Shown here: one piece after another, positions 9,254-18,313 of the stretch
How positions within the stretch are numbered: position 1 is the stretch's first letter
Layout: each line of letters begins with the position of its first letter
Source: Actinomycetota bacterium
GTDB lineage: Bacteria > Actinomycetota > UBA4738
DNA length: 64,000 nucleotides
NCBI GenBank assembly: GCA_050692195.1
Contig: JBOGVA010000080.1
Span: 2,292 to 66,291 of the forward strand
Reading direction: 5' to 3'
Notes under the pieces: model-generated
Database searches by the model: none
Told to the model about the DNA's origin: nothing
What the model saw: the letters and a program-made list of their open reading frames with translations, nothing else
Program-made: the position numbers and the translations under genes

Positions 9254-9565
9254 CGGAAGCCTGAACGGTGTGCTTTCCAGGGAAAACGCAGGTCAACCGT
9301 GAGCGAAATGGGCTGAGTTATCAGCTGAAATGTCACCCCTGGAAGGTGTCCCCTTTTAGACGACGATTCGCGCGATTGTCGCTCTCCGGCGAGCCCTCCA
9401 GTCGTGCGGAGCCTGTGAGACCATCGAGGGCACCGACGACACGGTTGCCAGGGGCCTCGCGAGACGTGCCGACAGCCACAAGTATCGGCCCTCGAGGCCA
9501 TACAGCCCGCTCCAGTAGCAAATTCAGGCATCGTCTTGCCAATGTTTTCAGGATTGGCCTAAACT

Positions 9566-10330
9566 TTGGACCGCATGCCCCACGCTGAGTCGCGAAAGCC
9601 GTTCAAGTTCCGTTCCGTGCAACGGCACAGAACGTCTTCGCTGGTGGCCAGCCAGGTGCTCAGTGAGATCGCTGCGGGAAGTTTGCCACCGGGCACCCGC
9701 CTTCCGCCGGAAAGGGAGCTAGCCATTCAAATGGGGGTCAGCCGCACCATTCTCAGGGAGGCCTTGTCCGGGCTCCAGCTTCTCGGGGTTATCAGACGTG
9801 TTGCTGGCGACGGTACCTACGTCCAGAGTTGGACAGAACCATTCTCCGCAAACCAGGGGCTTTCATTAGGAGAAGGGGCCCTGGGAATGGCAAGGCTCTA
9901 TCAAGCCCGAGAGGCCTTAGAGATCGGTGTCGTTGCCATCCTGTTAGAGAAAGATTCTGTCGACCTATCTGCCTGCTGGGAGTGCATCGCTGGCATGGGA
10001 GACGCTGTGAGGACAAGCGAAAGAGACCGCTATCTTGAACTGAATCTCAACTTTCACGTGAGGTTGGCGGAGGCGACCAGGAATCCGATCCTCGCCGAGC
10101 TGACTGCTTCGCTCGTTTCTCGTATGCATGACTTTGATGTGCTCCTGGAGGTGCTGCATACGAATCAATCGGCCGAGAGATCAGTCCAGAACCATGAAGG
10201 AATGCTTCTCCTGCTAGAAAGGAAGGATGCCGGCGTGATCCAGGCGGTCTCTCATCACTACCGGGATTACCCTTGGACCGCTTCTCTGAATTGGCCGACA
10301 GCTGTGGTGTCATCTGAGGAAGTCACCTGA
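9566..10330 (+). CDS. GntR-family transcriptional regulator (FadR/FCD subfamily)
   Basis: 254 aa with HTH ERELAIQMGVSRTILREALSGLQLLGVI and an all-helical C-terminal FCD-like domain. It is the first gene inside the island. The start could instead be the ATG at 9575. Confidence 0.85.
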   Translation: MDRMPHAESRKPFKFRSVQRHRTSSLVASQVLSEIAAGSLPPGTRLPPERELAIQMGVSRTILREALSGLQLLGVIRRVAGDGTYVQSWTEPFSANQGLSLGEGALGMARLYQAREALEIGVVAILLEKDSVDLSACWECIAGMGDAVRTSERDRYLELNLNFHVRLAEATRNPILAELTASLVSRMHDFDVLLEVLHTNQSAERSVQNHEGMLLLLERKDAGVIQAVSHHYRDYPWTASLNWPTAVVSSEEVT

Positions 10331-10337
10331 TACCGCA

Positions 10338-11528
10338 ATGGATCGACAGGGGCCGCTCACCAATCTGAGGGTCGTTGATGCAGGCACGACGCTGGCTGGA
10401 CCGATGGCGGGGACCCTTCTGGCAGACCTTGGGGCTGATGTAATCAAGATCGAGCACCCGAAGGGCGGCGATTCCTTGCGAAGCTGGGGGCCGTTTAAGC
10501 GAGAGGAATCACTGTGGTGGAAAGTCACGGCGCGTAATAAGAAGCTGATTACCTTGGACTTGTCTTGTGAAGAGGGACAAGAGCTTTTCCGTACTCTCAT
10601 TGGCAGGGTTGATGTGGTCATTGAGAACTTCCGGCCGGGGACTTTCGAACGTTGGTCTTTGGGGCCGGTGACCCTCTTTGCCCTCAATCCGTCTTTAGTT
10701 CTAGTGCGGATAAGCGGATTTGGTCAGGAAGGCCCGTATCGAAGCCAACCAGGCTACGGGACGATTGCTGAGGCATTGACTGGCATTCCGTACTTCACGG
10801 GCTTCGCCGACGCGGCGCCCACGTTCTCTGCCTTCCCCTTGGCGGACGCCGTCGCAGCGCTTTTTGCGGCGATCGGAGCCCTTGCAGCCGTCTCGAATCC
10901 GAGTGCTCGCGGGCAGGTTGTCGATGTTTCGCTGTTCGAGCCATTGTTTCGTCTTGTCGAGAGCCAAGTAATTGGGTATCAGCAACTCGGGATTGTAAAG
11001 GAGCGGGCAGGCAACAGGTTGGCTGAGGACGCCCCCCGCAACGCATACCAAACTCGCGATGGAGGATGGATCGCTATCTCGGCCAGCTCGGATCGGACGT
11101 TCCACCGTCTTTGTCGAGCCATTGGCCGATCAGATCTGATCGAGGACGAAAGGTTCTCCTCGAATAGGGCTCGCGTTAGAAACAATGACGAGCTCGACAA
11201 GATAATTGACGGCTGGATGCACGGCAGGTCCCGCGACGAGGCGATGGCTCGTCTGGAGGAGTTCGACGTCGTAGCGGGTCCCGTCTTGAACATTGGTGAG
11301 ATATTCGAGCATCCACTGTTTACGGCACGCGACGCAATCGTGTCAGCGTCCGACGAGTTGCTCGGTGTGCTTGCAATGCCGGGGGTCGTTCCGAGGTTCT
11401 CGAATACACCTGGCGCTGTCAGATTCCCAGGCGGCCGACTCGGTAGAGACAATCGCAACTTCTATTGCGACGAGCTTGGGATGAGTGAGGCGGAATTCCA
11501 GGAGCTTGCTGCTCGGGGAGTCATCTAG
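10338..11528 (+). CDS. Family III CoA-transferase (CaiB/BaiF type)
   Basis: 396 aa with the N-terminal signature LRVVDAGTTLAGPMAGTLLADLGADVIKIEHP. Confidence 0.85.
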   Translation: MDRQGPLTNLRVVDAGTTLAGPMAGTLLADLGADVIKIEHPKGGDSLRSWGPFKREESLWWKVTARNKKLITLDLSCEEGQELFRTLIGRVDVVIENFRPGTFERWSLGPVTLFALNPSLVLVRISGFGQEGPYRSQPGYGTIAEALTGIPYFTGFADAAPTFSAFPLADAVAALFAAIGALAAVSNPSARGQVVDVSLFEPLFRLVESQVIGYQQLGIVKERAGNRLAEDAPRNAYQTRDGGWIAISASSDRTFHRLCRAIGRSDLIEDERFSSNRARVRNNDELDKIIDGWMHGRSRDEAMARLEEFDVVAGPVLNIGEIFEHPLFTARDAIVSASDELLGVLAMPGVVPRFSNTPGAVRFPGGRLGRDNRNFYCDELGMSEAEFQELAARGVI

Positions 11529-11530
11529 TC

Positions 11531-12682
11531 GTGGGTGATCCAGTGATCGTCGCTTACGGGCGTAGCCCGTATGAGAGACGGAGCTCTAGGTCAACTGTTT
11601 GGCATCTTGGGCAGGCTGTTCTCGAGGCAACAGAGACGGCAGGTCTCTCGCCGCACGCCATTGACGGATTGGCTCTTACGTCCTTCACGCTTCGCCCCGA
11701 CAACGTAGTCACCTTCGCAGAATGTCTTGGGCTGGAGCTGCAATGGGCATGGGAGGGAAAGGCGGGGGGAGCTTCTGGGGTGTCCGGTCTCCTTGCAGCG
11801 GCGGATGCTATCAAGGGTGGCCGCGCATCCGTCGTCGTTTGTGTTGCCGGAGATGCGCTCACTGTAGGAGCGCACGACGAGATGATAGCGAGCTTCAGTT
11901 CCCCAATACGCGACTTCCTATCGCCGCTTGGGTTCGGCGGAGCCAATGGAATGTTTGCTTTGGTTCAGAGTCGGCACATGGCTCTATTCGGTACGAGACG
12001 TGATCAGCTTGGCCGTCTCGCCGTTGCCCAGCGCAGGAATGCCATGCCCAACCCGTGTGCCTTGTTCAGGGAGCCCTTAGAACTCGACGAATATTTGAAC
12101 GCCCGGCGGATAGTCGACCCCATCGGGCTCTTCGATTGCGTTCTGCCCTGTTCCGGGGCGGAGGCAGTCTTAGTCGTCGATAGAGAGCAGAACTCCTGGA
12201 TTACACGACCAATGATTGAGCTCCGATCCGGTTACGAGCTACATAATTTCCGCCCCGGCGATGTCGCTCCAGTCACGTACGGGTGGACCGCGTTTCAGAA
12301 GCGACTGTTCGCTGATGCGGGGCTCGAGCACGACGATATTGACTGCGTACAGCTCTACGATGACTATCCCATCATGGTCGGGATTCAGCTTGAAGACTTG
12401 GGATTCTGTGACAAGGGCGCTGCTGGTTCCTATCTCGAGGGCTTGGATATCTCCCCCTCAGGCAATCTCCCACTCAATACGGGTGGGGGACAGCTGTCTG
12501 TTGGTCAGAGCGGGGCAGGCGGAGGAATGATCGGTCTCGTCGAGGCAGTGCAGCAGCTACAGTGGGAAGCGGATGGCCGACAGGTGCCCAATGCGCGGAC
12601 TGCGTTGGTATCAGGGTTCGGGATGGTCAGTTATGGCCGAGGACTATCAACCGGTGCACTCATCCTGGAGAGAGGCTCATGA
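11531..12682 (+). CDS. Thiolase-fold protein (SCP-x/Ltp-like), apparently lacking the canonical catalytic Cys and His
   Basis: 383 aa with the overall thiolase pattern. The region that normally holds the nucleophilic Cys reads GGASGVSGLLAAADAIKGG. The C-terminal GHPxGATG region reads GQSGAGGG. The gene is translationally coupled (ATGA) to the DUF35 gene. Confidence 0.7.
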   Translation: MGDPVIVAYGRSPYERRSSRSTVWHLGQAVLEATETAGLSPHAIDGLALTSFTLRPDNVVTFAECLGLELQWAWEGKAGGASGVSGLLAAADAIKGGRASVVVCVAGDALTVGAHDEMIASFSSPIRDFLSPLGFGGANGMFALVQSRHMALFGTRRDQLGRLAVAQRRNAMPNPCALFREPLELDEYLNARRIVDPIGLFDCVLPCSGAEAVLVVDREQNSWITRPMIELRSGYELHNFRPGDVAPVTYGWTAFQKRLFADAGLEHDDIDCVQLYDDYPIMVGIQLEDLGFCDKGAAGSYLEGLDISPSGNLPLNTGGGQLSVGQSGAGGGMIGLVEAVQQLQWEADGRQVPNARTALVSGFGMVSYGRGLSTGALILERGS

Positions 12683-13092
12683 CGGAACTTCCTCCACAGA
12701 ACCTGACTGAGCCGGTCCTTCCATGGCGGGAGGATACGAGGGAGGGCTGGATTCAGCAGCGGTGTACCAAGTGCGGCCACGCGGTGTGGTTCCCCCGGGA
12801 TCGCTGTCCGGCGTGTTGGTCAGATGACCTCCATTGGGAGCCAGCAGAGGGGAGGGGTGAAGTCATCGCGAGTGCTCTAGTACACCGCCCTCACCACCCC
12901 TCCTTTAGGGTCCATACGCCCTTCACCATCCTCGTCGCGGCCTTGCCGAACGGCTCGCTGGTATGTGCGCTCGCAAGGGGAAGCGCTGACCCCATTGCTG
13001 TTGGCAGCACGGTACTTCTTACTCGTGGGGAAGGATTGCTTCCTGATTCGGTGGTTCCTGTAGCCGTAGCGGGGGAGCCGCGGAATGCTTAG
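12679..13092 (+). CDS. DUF35 zinc-ribbon/OB-fold protein (partner of thiolase-fold proteins)
   Basis: The ATG at 12679 overlaps the upstream stop. It has a CTKCGH...CPACWS zinc ribbon followed by an OB-fold-like segment. Confidence 0.8.
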   Translation: MTELPPQNLTEPVLPWREDTREGWIQQRCTKCGHAVWFPRDRCPACWSDDLHWEPAEGRGEVIASALVHRPHHPSFRVHTPFTILVAALPNGSLVCALARGSADPIAVGSTVLLTRGEGLLPDSVVPVAVAGEPRNA

Positions 13093-13360
13093 GAGTCGAT
13101 CGACTTTGATCGCGCCCGCAATCATGACCGGCGGCGTTTGGAAAGGAGGTAGCGGGAACGTCATCGGTAAGTCAGAAAGACGGAGACCATGCAGATCCGG
13201 CGGTGTTCCAAGCACTGACGAGTTAGTGAACTCTGGAAGACCTTGGTCGTCCCATGGACGTTCAGGCCGCTGGGCATGAGGTTAAAGTACCTTCAACACC
13301 GCGCTTGCATCCGAAGGTACCAGCAGAACGAATGAGTGGACAAGAGGAGGGAGGAGCAGG

Positions 13361-14254
13361 GTGAATCAGGGACGACATGTGAAGATTGGACTTGCGCAAC
13401 TGACGCGCAAACTGGGGGACAAGCACGAAAACGTTGCGCGCGGATCGGCCTTTGTTCGGGAAGCTGCAGAGAAGGGTGCAACGCTGGTCATTCTCCCCGA
13501 ACTCTTCAACACGGGGATGGTAGCAACGGATGTATACGACCAGGAACGCCTCGGGTGGGCAGAGACGACCGATGGAGAATCGATATCCGCCATGTGCGCT
13601 CTCGCTCAGGAGCTTTCAGTCGCGATCATCGCCCCCATATTCGAGTTTGAGCCCGAAGGAACTATGTGGTTCAACACTGCGGTCGTGATCGATGAAACCG
13701 GACAGGTTGTCGGGAAGTATCGCAAGCGTCACATCCCGATCATCCCTCGCCAGCTGGAGAAGGCATATTTCTCGCCAGGTGACATCTTCTATCGAGTCTT
13801 TGACGTTGCTGGCTGCAAACTGGGCGTCTTAATCTGCTACGACCGTCATTTTCCTGAGTCCTTCCGGCACCTGGCACTTCAGGGCGCGGAGGTGGTGGCT
13901 GTTGTTAGCAATACTCCGACGGAGTTCTCAGGGAAGAACTGGATTCCGGAAATGCACGTGAATGCAGTCGCAAATGGGTGCTTCATCGTTCAGGTGAATG
14001 CCTCCGGCAAGGAGGAGGATATCCCCTGGTTTGGTCGAAGCGCCGTGGTCTCTCCTCGGGGAGACGTGCTCTTGGAAATGGGGAGTGAACCGGGCGTAGA
14101 GGTCGTGGAGCTGCCTCTGGGCGAGATCGAGATCGTGCGCAGGCACTACGCGACTCTTCGAGACGTGCGAGCGGAAGACTTCGTCGGCTCAGTCCCGGAG
14201 CTGCCGCGTCATGCCGAGCAAGCGGCAACGCCGGGGAAGGCCTCTAGAGGCTGA
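13361..14254 (+). CDS. Carbon-nitrogen hydrolase family protein (N-carbamoyl-amino-acid amidohydrolase / beta-ureidopropionase-like)
   Basis: 297 aa, GTG start with a strong upstream SD (gaggagggaggag). The E-K-C triad contexts are ILPELF, YRKRHIP and LICYDRHFPE. Confidence 0.85.
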   Translation: MNQGRHVKIGLAQLTRKLGDKHENVARGSAFVREAAEKGATLVILPELFNTGMVATDVYDQERLGWAETTDGESISAMCALAQELSVAIIAPIFEFEPEGTMWFNTAVVIDETGQVVGKYRKRHIPIIPRQLEKAYFSPGDIFYRVFDVAGCKLGVLICYDRHFPESFRHLALQGAEVVAVVSNTPTEFSGKNWIPEMHVNAVANGCFIVQVNASGKEEDIPWFGRSAVVSPRGDVLLEMGSEPGVEVVELPLGEIEIVRRHYATLRDVRAEDFVGSVPELPRHAEQAATPGKASRG

Positions 14255-14379
14255 GCGCGGGCGGGGACTGCTCAACGTCGTGAAGTAGCTGCCCGCGTCC
14301 TCGCCCGGTCCGATGGGGCGGCCTCACGTCGCGATACGCGATCGACGTGGGTCCGTAGACGACTGGAGGAGGGAGCCCC

Positions 14380-15777
14380 CTGAAGCTTTGGATCAAGGAC
14401 GGCCTCCTTGTGAGCTCTGGCGGCCTACGTCGGGGGGACTTGCTTTGCACAAACGGAACGATCGAGGCCGTGCTGGAGTCCGGGGACAGGGCCATCGTGG
14501 ACGCTCAAATCGATGCTCGAGGATGCCTGATTTTTCCCGGCTTTATCGATCCTCATGTCCATTCTCGGGATCCTGGTCTTACCGAGAAGGAGGACATAGA
14601 ACATGCTACTGCTGGAGCTGCAGCGGGAGGGATTACGACCATCTTCGACATGCCGAACACAATTCCCCCGCCGCGCAATGCCTCCATCTTGGGAGGGCGT
14701 GTGGATGAGCATCTCGGGCGGGCGTTCACTGATTTTGGATTGTGGGGTCTGGCGATACCGGGGGAGAATACATCCGATATCGCCCAGCTGTTCAGAGCAG
14801 GAGCGATCGGGGTCAAGCTATTCTGGCCCTTCGCCATCACCAAGAGCGACAATCGAATCGTACCGCTTCCCGACAAGTGGAATGTCGAGGACTTCATTCT
14901 TCCCGCTGATAACGGTACGGTATTCGAGCTGTTTCAGACGGTGGCGGAGATCGGCGGATTGTTAGCCGCTCATTGCGAAGATCCTGCCATCCTGAATGCG
15001 TCAAGAGCTGACAGTCTGGCCCGTCCCGCTAGCTTCGACACATTTCTACGAAGCCGTCCAGCCGTTGCTGAAAGCGTGGCCGTGGCAACAGGGATCGAAT
15101 TGGCCCGAGCAACCGGATGCCGCTTCCACGCAGTGCATCTCAGTACGGGGCGCGCAAGCGAGCTAATCAAGCAAGGCCAGAACAGTGGTGCGCAAGTGTC
15201 CGGAGAGACGTGTCCACAATACCTGCTGCTTTCCGATGCTGATTACGGCAGCATCGGGGCGGCGATGAAAGTGGTGCCTCCCATCAGAGGATCGGAAGAG
15301 CGAGAGGGTTTGTGGGCGGGAGTTAGAAGCGGGACCATTACGTCACTCGGGTCGGATCATGCGCCGCATACAGTGATGGAAAAGGCTCAAGAGGAATTTG
15401 AGCAACAGCCTCCGGGCGGGATCGGGGTCGAGACGCTTGGCCCCCTGATGATCAATGAGGCTCTGCAAGGACGACTGCCTCTTGAAAGCCTGGCATGGCT
15501 CCTCTCCGAGGGTACCGCACGACTCTATCGACTCTTCCCCCGAAAGGGTTCTCTTCTCCCAGGCGGCGACGCAGATTTCACGATTGTGGACCCAAGTGAA
15601 TCCTTCGAGATAAGGAACGAGCGCCTCCATGCGAAGAATAAGCTCAGCGCATGGCACGGGCGACGCCTCCTGGGCAGGATCAGGTGGACGGTGCTAAGAG
15701 GGGAGACGATCGCAGTCGATGGTGAGCCGGTCGGTTCGCCCAGGGGCCAATTTATCTCTCCCGAGGGTCGAGCTTAG
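14380..15777 (+). CDS. Cyclic amidohydrolase (hydantoinase / dihydropyrimidinase / allantoinase / DHOase superfamily)
   Basis: The track ORF starts at GTG 14410. I extend it to the in-frame CTG at 14380, which lies 6 nt downstream of the SD ggaggaggga. The added KLWIKDGLLV matches the usual N-terminal strand of this family. Metal-site motifs are present: DPHVHSRDPG, GVKLFW, AAHCED, HAVHLST and GSDHAPH. Confidence 0.8.
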   Translation: MKLWIKDGLLVSSGGLRRGDLLCTNGTIEAVLESGDRAIVDAQIDARGCLIFPGFIDPHVHSRDPGLTEKEDIEHATAGAAAGGITTIFDMPNTIPPPRNASILGGRVDEHLGRAFTDFGLWGLAIPGENTSDIAQLFRAGAIGVKLFWPFAITKSDNRIVPLPDKWNVEDFILPADNGTVFELFQTVAEIGGLLAAHCEDPAILNASRADSLARPASFDTFLRSRPAVAESVAVATGIELARATGCRFHAVHLSTGRASELIKQGQNSGAQVSGETCPQYLLLSDADYGSIGAAMKVVPPIRGSEEREGLWAGVRSGTITSLGSDHAPHTVMEKAQEEFEQQPPGGIGVETLGPLMINEALQGRLPLESLAWLLSEGTARLYRLFPRKGSLLPGGDADFTIVDPSESFEIRNERLHAKNKLSAWHGRRLLGRIRWTVLRGETIAVDGEPVGSPRGQFISPEGRA

Positions 15778-15998
15778 CCGACAGCTGTGCCGTACTCGGC
15801 CTGGCGTGTGGCTGCCGTTCCTAGTGGCAGTGGGAGAAGTGCGGTCCGCGGATAGCAGAGACCGGAGTCTGTTCCTCGTCCTTGAGTACTGAGGCCGGGT
15901 TTGGACGATTAGTAGAAGGGCCTCAAGCCACAACGCGCAATGAGCAGGACGCGCCCCCTGAGGTCGGCCAATCTGCCCTGACGGGTTCTGAATCCTTC

Positions 15999-16943
15999 CT
16001 AGGCCTTGGGCAAATCCCCTGCCTCGTCCGCGCCTCCGGCGCGGACCGTGGCACCACCGAGCACGATGAGACCCCCACCCAGTATCTGAAAGGCAGTCAG
16101 GGATTGGTTCAACCAGACGTATCCAAATAGCGCGGCGACGAAAGCTTCGACCATTGCGATGATTCCGGCTTGCCTTGTATCGACTTGGCGGAGGCCCCAT
16201 AGCAGCAAGATGAAGGGGATCACAGTAGCGAACGTCCCCAAATATAGGATCCCGGGTATTGCATCCCAGCGGAGAATGCTGGTTGGCCAGCCACGACTCA
16301 CTTGCCATGCGGAAAGTAGGAAAGCGGCCACGAAGGAGGCGGCAAGGAAGCCACGCGCAGGATCGATGACTGCGGCTACCTGTTTCCCCGACATCCACAT
16401 GATTGCCAACCCAAGAGCGCCCCCGAGAGCGGCGAGGACCCCAACGGGATCTAGCCGTTGTGAGGCTCCTCCAAGCACACTTTGGAGTTCTGAAAGCAGG
16501 AGCACGCCAGCAAATGCAACTAGGACACCGACGGTTACAGGGAGGTTTGGCCGGATCCCCTGAACGAGCCATTTCCAAAGGACAAGCATTGCAGGAGCTG
16601 TGTACAAAATCGTGGCGGCGATTCCGATGGGCAAGCTCTGTAGAGCGCGATAATAGGCTGCATTAGACACGGCGATTGAAATTCCGAAAACGACGACCCA
16701 AACTGACGCACCTCTTCTCGTGCTGGGACCATCCGGCACCGTCCACCCCTTTATGGTGAGGATGACACCCAGGATCAGGGCCGCCATCCAATACCGGACT
16801 TGGACGAGTTCGACGGTGTCAATTCCACGATCAAGGAGAATGCGAGCGACGCCCTGCCCAACGCCCAACAAGGTACTGGCGACGAATATCGCGGCGAATC
16901 CTGTCCCCCTTCTGCGATTTGCCTTCTCAAATCGCTGAATCAT
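15999..16943 (-). CDS. DMT-superfamily (EamA-type) transporter
   Basis: 314 aa, about 10 TM segments with a duplicated EamA-like architecture. Confidence 0.8.
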   Translation of the reverse strand: MIQRFEKANRRRGTGFAAIFVASTLLGVGQGVARILLDRGIDTVELVQVRYWMAALILGVILTIKGWTVPDGPSTRRGASVWVVVFGISIAVSNAAYYRALQSLPIGIAATILYTAPAMLVLWKWLVQGIRPNLPVTVGVLVAFAGVLLLSELQSVLGGASQRLDPVGVLAALGGALGLAIMWMSGKQVAAVIDPARGFLAASFVAAFLLSAWQVSRGWPTSILRWDAIPGILYLGTFATVIPFILLLWGLRQVDTRQAGIIAMVEAFVAALFGYVWLNQSLTAFQILGGGLIVLGGATVRAGGADEAGDLPKA

Positions 16944-16980
16944 CTTGTACCGTGCTTGGCCTTGTCCCTCTGCCCATGGT

Positions 16981-17227
16981 CGGAGGGCGATCTTGCCTCA
17001 AGACGGGAGAATCCGGTCGGAGGGGAACCCTGCGCGTAGAGCCGGCCGGCTTCCTCGACCACGATGTCGGCGAACTGGGCACCGGGACGAGCGCGCGCCG
17101 TCCGCCCGCGAAGCCGCGCTTCGCGCGCCTCACAGACAAACCGCTGGAGAGGCCGGGGCGGCGCGACGGGCGCATCCTGTGTCTTCCCGTTGTGCTTATT
17201 CTGCAGGCTCCCGCACCGTGGGCAGCG
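16981..17227 (-). pseudogene. Degenerate N-terminal fragment of an IS-type transposase (zinc ribbon + HTH, InsA/IS1-like layout)
   Basis: Track ORF 16940..17317 contains RCPRCGSLQNKHNGKT...QRFVCEAR (the second CxxC is broken) followed by an HTH-like LYAQGSPP...SRL. No DDE domain follows. This patch is locally more GC-rich than the rest of the island. Confidence 0.3.
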
Positions 17228-17456
17228 GACCCGTCCTTGGTTGCCATCCCCAGACCTCCCTATCCCCCCGTTACCGGTAGCTGCCACGAGAAAGGCTCTG
17301 CGACCTGAGACTTTCACCCTTTGTCAGATCCAATCGATCGGATGCTGTCCAAGATTATCCTGGTGCCGTTGGGCAAGGGGAGGCGAACAAGGCACGTCCG
17401 GACAACCACCTTCGCGCCGCGCAGCAGCACAGAAATCGTAAGGAGACCTGATCGCG

Positions 17457-18224
17457 TTATGGGAAGGAATCGCCCACAGGCATGATCTCGTCAGGCGGAA
17501 TGCCGTACTGAGCGAGTATCCGCTCCAGTTCGCCGGTTTCTTTCATTGTTTCCAGGACGCTGTTGAAGGCGGCCGCAATATCCGCTTCGCTCCGACGAAA
17601 CCATAGAGCAGACTTCAGACGTGGTGCATCCGGGTCCTCGAATGGGTCAGCCAGTTCGAATCCCGCGTCGGGATGTTCCGCCAGATAGGCGAGACCCGCT
17701 GATCTCTCGAAGTACGCGCCGCCGATGCGCCCCTCAATAAGGTCTCGCCACATCGACGTCTGCTCCTGATAATTCACTACTCTCTGGTCACCAACCCTTT
17801 CGCGGATGATGTAGTCTTCTGTCCCCTCTCCGATGGCCCCTACGGAGAAGCTGGCGGCAATCAGATCGTTCATCGAGTGAATGGTAGCCGGATTACCTTT
17901 GGGTACGAAGAGCACGTTGCGAGCCAGAAACAGCGGCACTGACGGCGCCGCTAGGCTGGCGCGCTTCTGGGACCATGCCAGGGAACACGTCACGAGGTCA
18001 TATCGCTCAGAGGCCATTACCTCCTCGACCTCGTTGAGCCAGATTTCCTCGATGGAAGGTTGGGGCAGGCTGAGGCGTTTGCAGCACCGGGCGATGATTT
18101 CGCCATCAATGCCACCGAGGGTTGCATCTTCATTAAGCGAAGAGAACGGATACTCCTCGACGTAGGCCACCATGAAGTTCTTGGTCGACCGTATTCGGTG
18201 AAGCGTCGGTCCATCAGTAGTCAA
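17457..18224 (-). CDS. Periplasmic-binding-protein type 2 (SBP_bac_3-like) homolog without a signal peptide
   Basis: 255 aa with family-3 solute-binding-like sequence throughout. The N-terminus MTTDGPTLHRIRSTKNFMVAYVEE has no hydrophobic signal or lipobox, so the protein is presumably cytoplasmic. Confidence 0.65.
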   Translation of the reverse strand: MTTDGPTLHRIRSTKNFMVAYVEEYPFSSLNEDATLGGIDGEIIARCCKRLSLPQPSIEEIWLNEVEEVMASERYDLVTCSLAWSQKRASLAAPSVPLFLARNVLFVPKGNPATIHSMNDLIAASFSVGAIGEGTEDYIIRERVGDQRVVNYQEQTSMWRDLIEGRIGGAYFERSAGLAYLAEHPDAGFELADPFEDPDAPRLKSALWFRRSEADIAAAFNSVLETMKETGELERILAQYGIPPDEIMPVGDSFP

Positions 18225-18244
18225 CCTAGACCCCCCCTCGCCCT

Positions 18245-18257
18245 CGCTATTGGATCC
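18245..18257. promoter_or_regulatory. Candidate operator motif CGCTATTGGATCC (copy 1)
   Basis: It lies in the divergent spacer between the signal-less SBP homolog and the Rieske oxygenase. It matches 24045-24057 at 12 of 13 positions. Confidence 0.25.
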
Positions 18258-18313
18258 TCGCTCCTTGGGATTTTCATGACCTGTTTCCTGGTCTGATTAG
18301 GCAAGTTGGCAGT

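Noticed and set aside
9254-9565. The island edge next to the distal repeat, searched for an integrase or excisionase
   Set aside because: It holds only short overlapping ORFs of 69-106 aa with junk composition. No HTH or recombinase motif is present.
13287-13320. An inverted repeat GTACCTTC-N18-GAAGGTAC upstream of the CN-hydrolase gene, and a GTCGATCGAC palindrome at 13095-13104
   Set aside because: These are short 8-10 bp stems or palindromes with no second copy elsewhere in the island. They could be operators, but they are within chance expectation.
15694-16578. A 294-aa ORF inside the island that I checked as a possible integrase
   Set aside because: It is an alternate frame of the DMT transporter gene. 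It is Arg/Cys/Trp-rich nonsense with no recombinase motifs (no R..HxxR..Y pattern).
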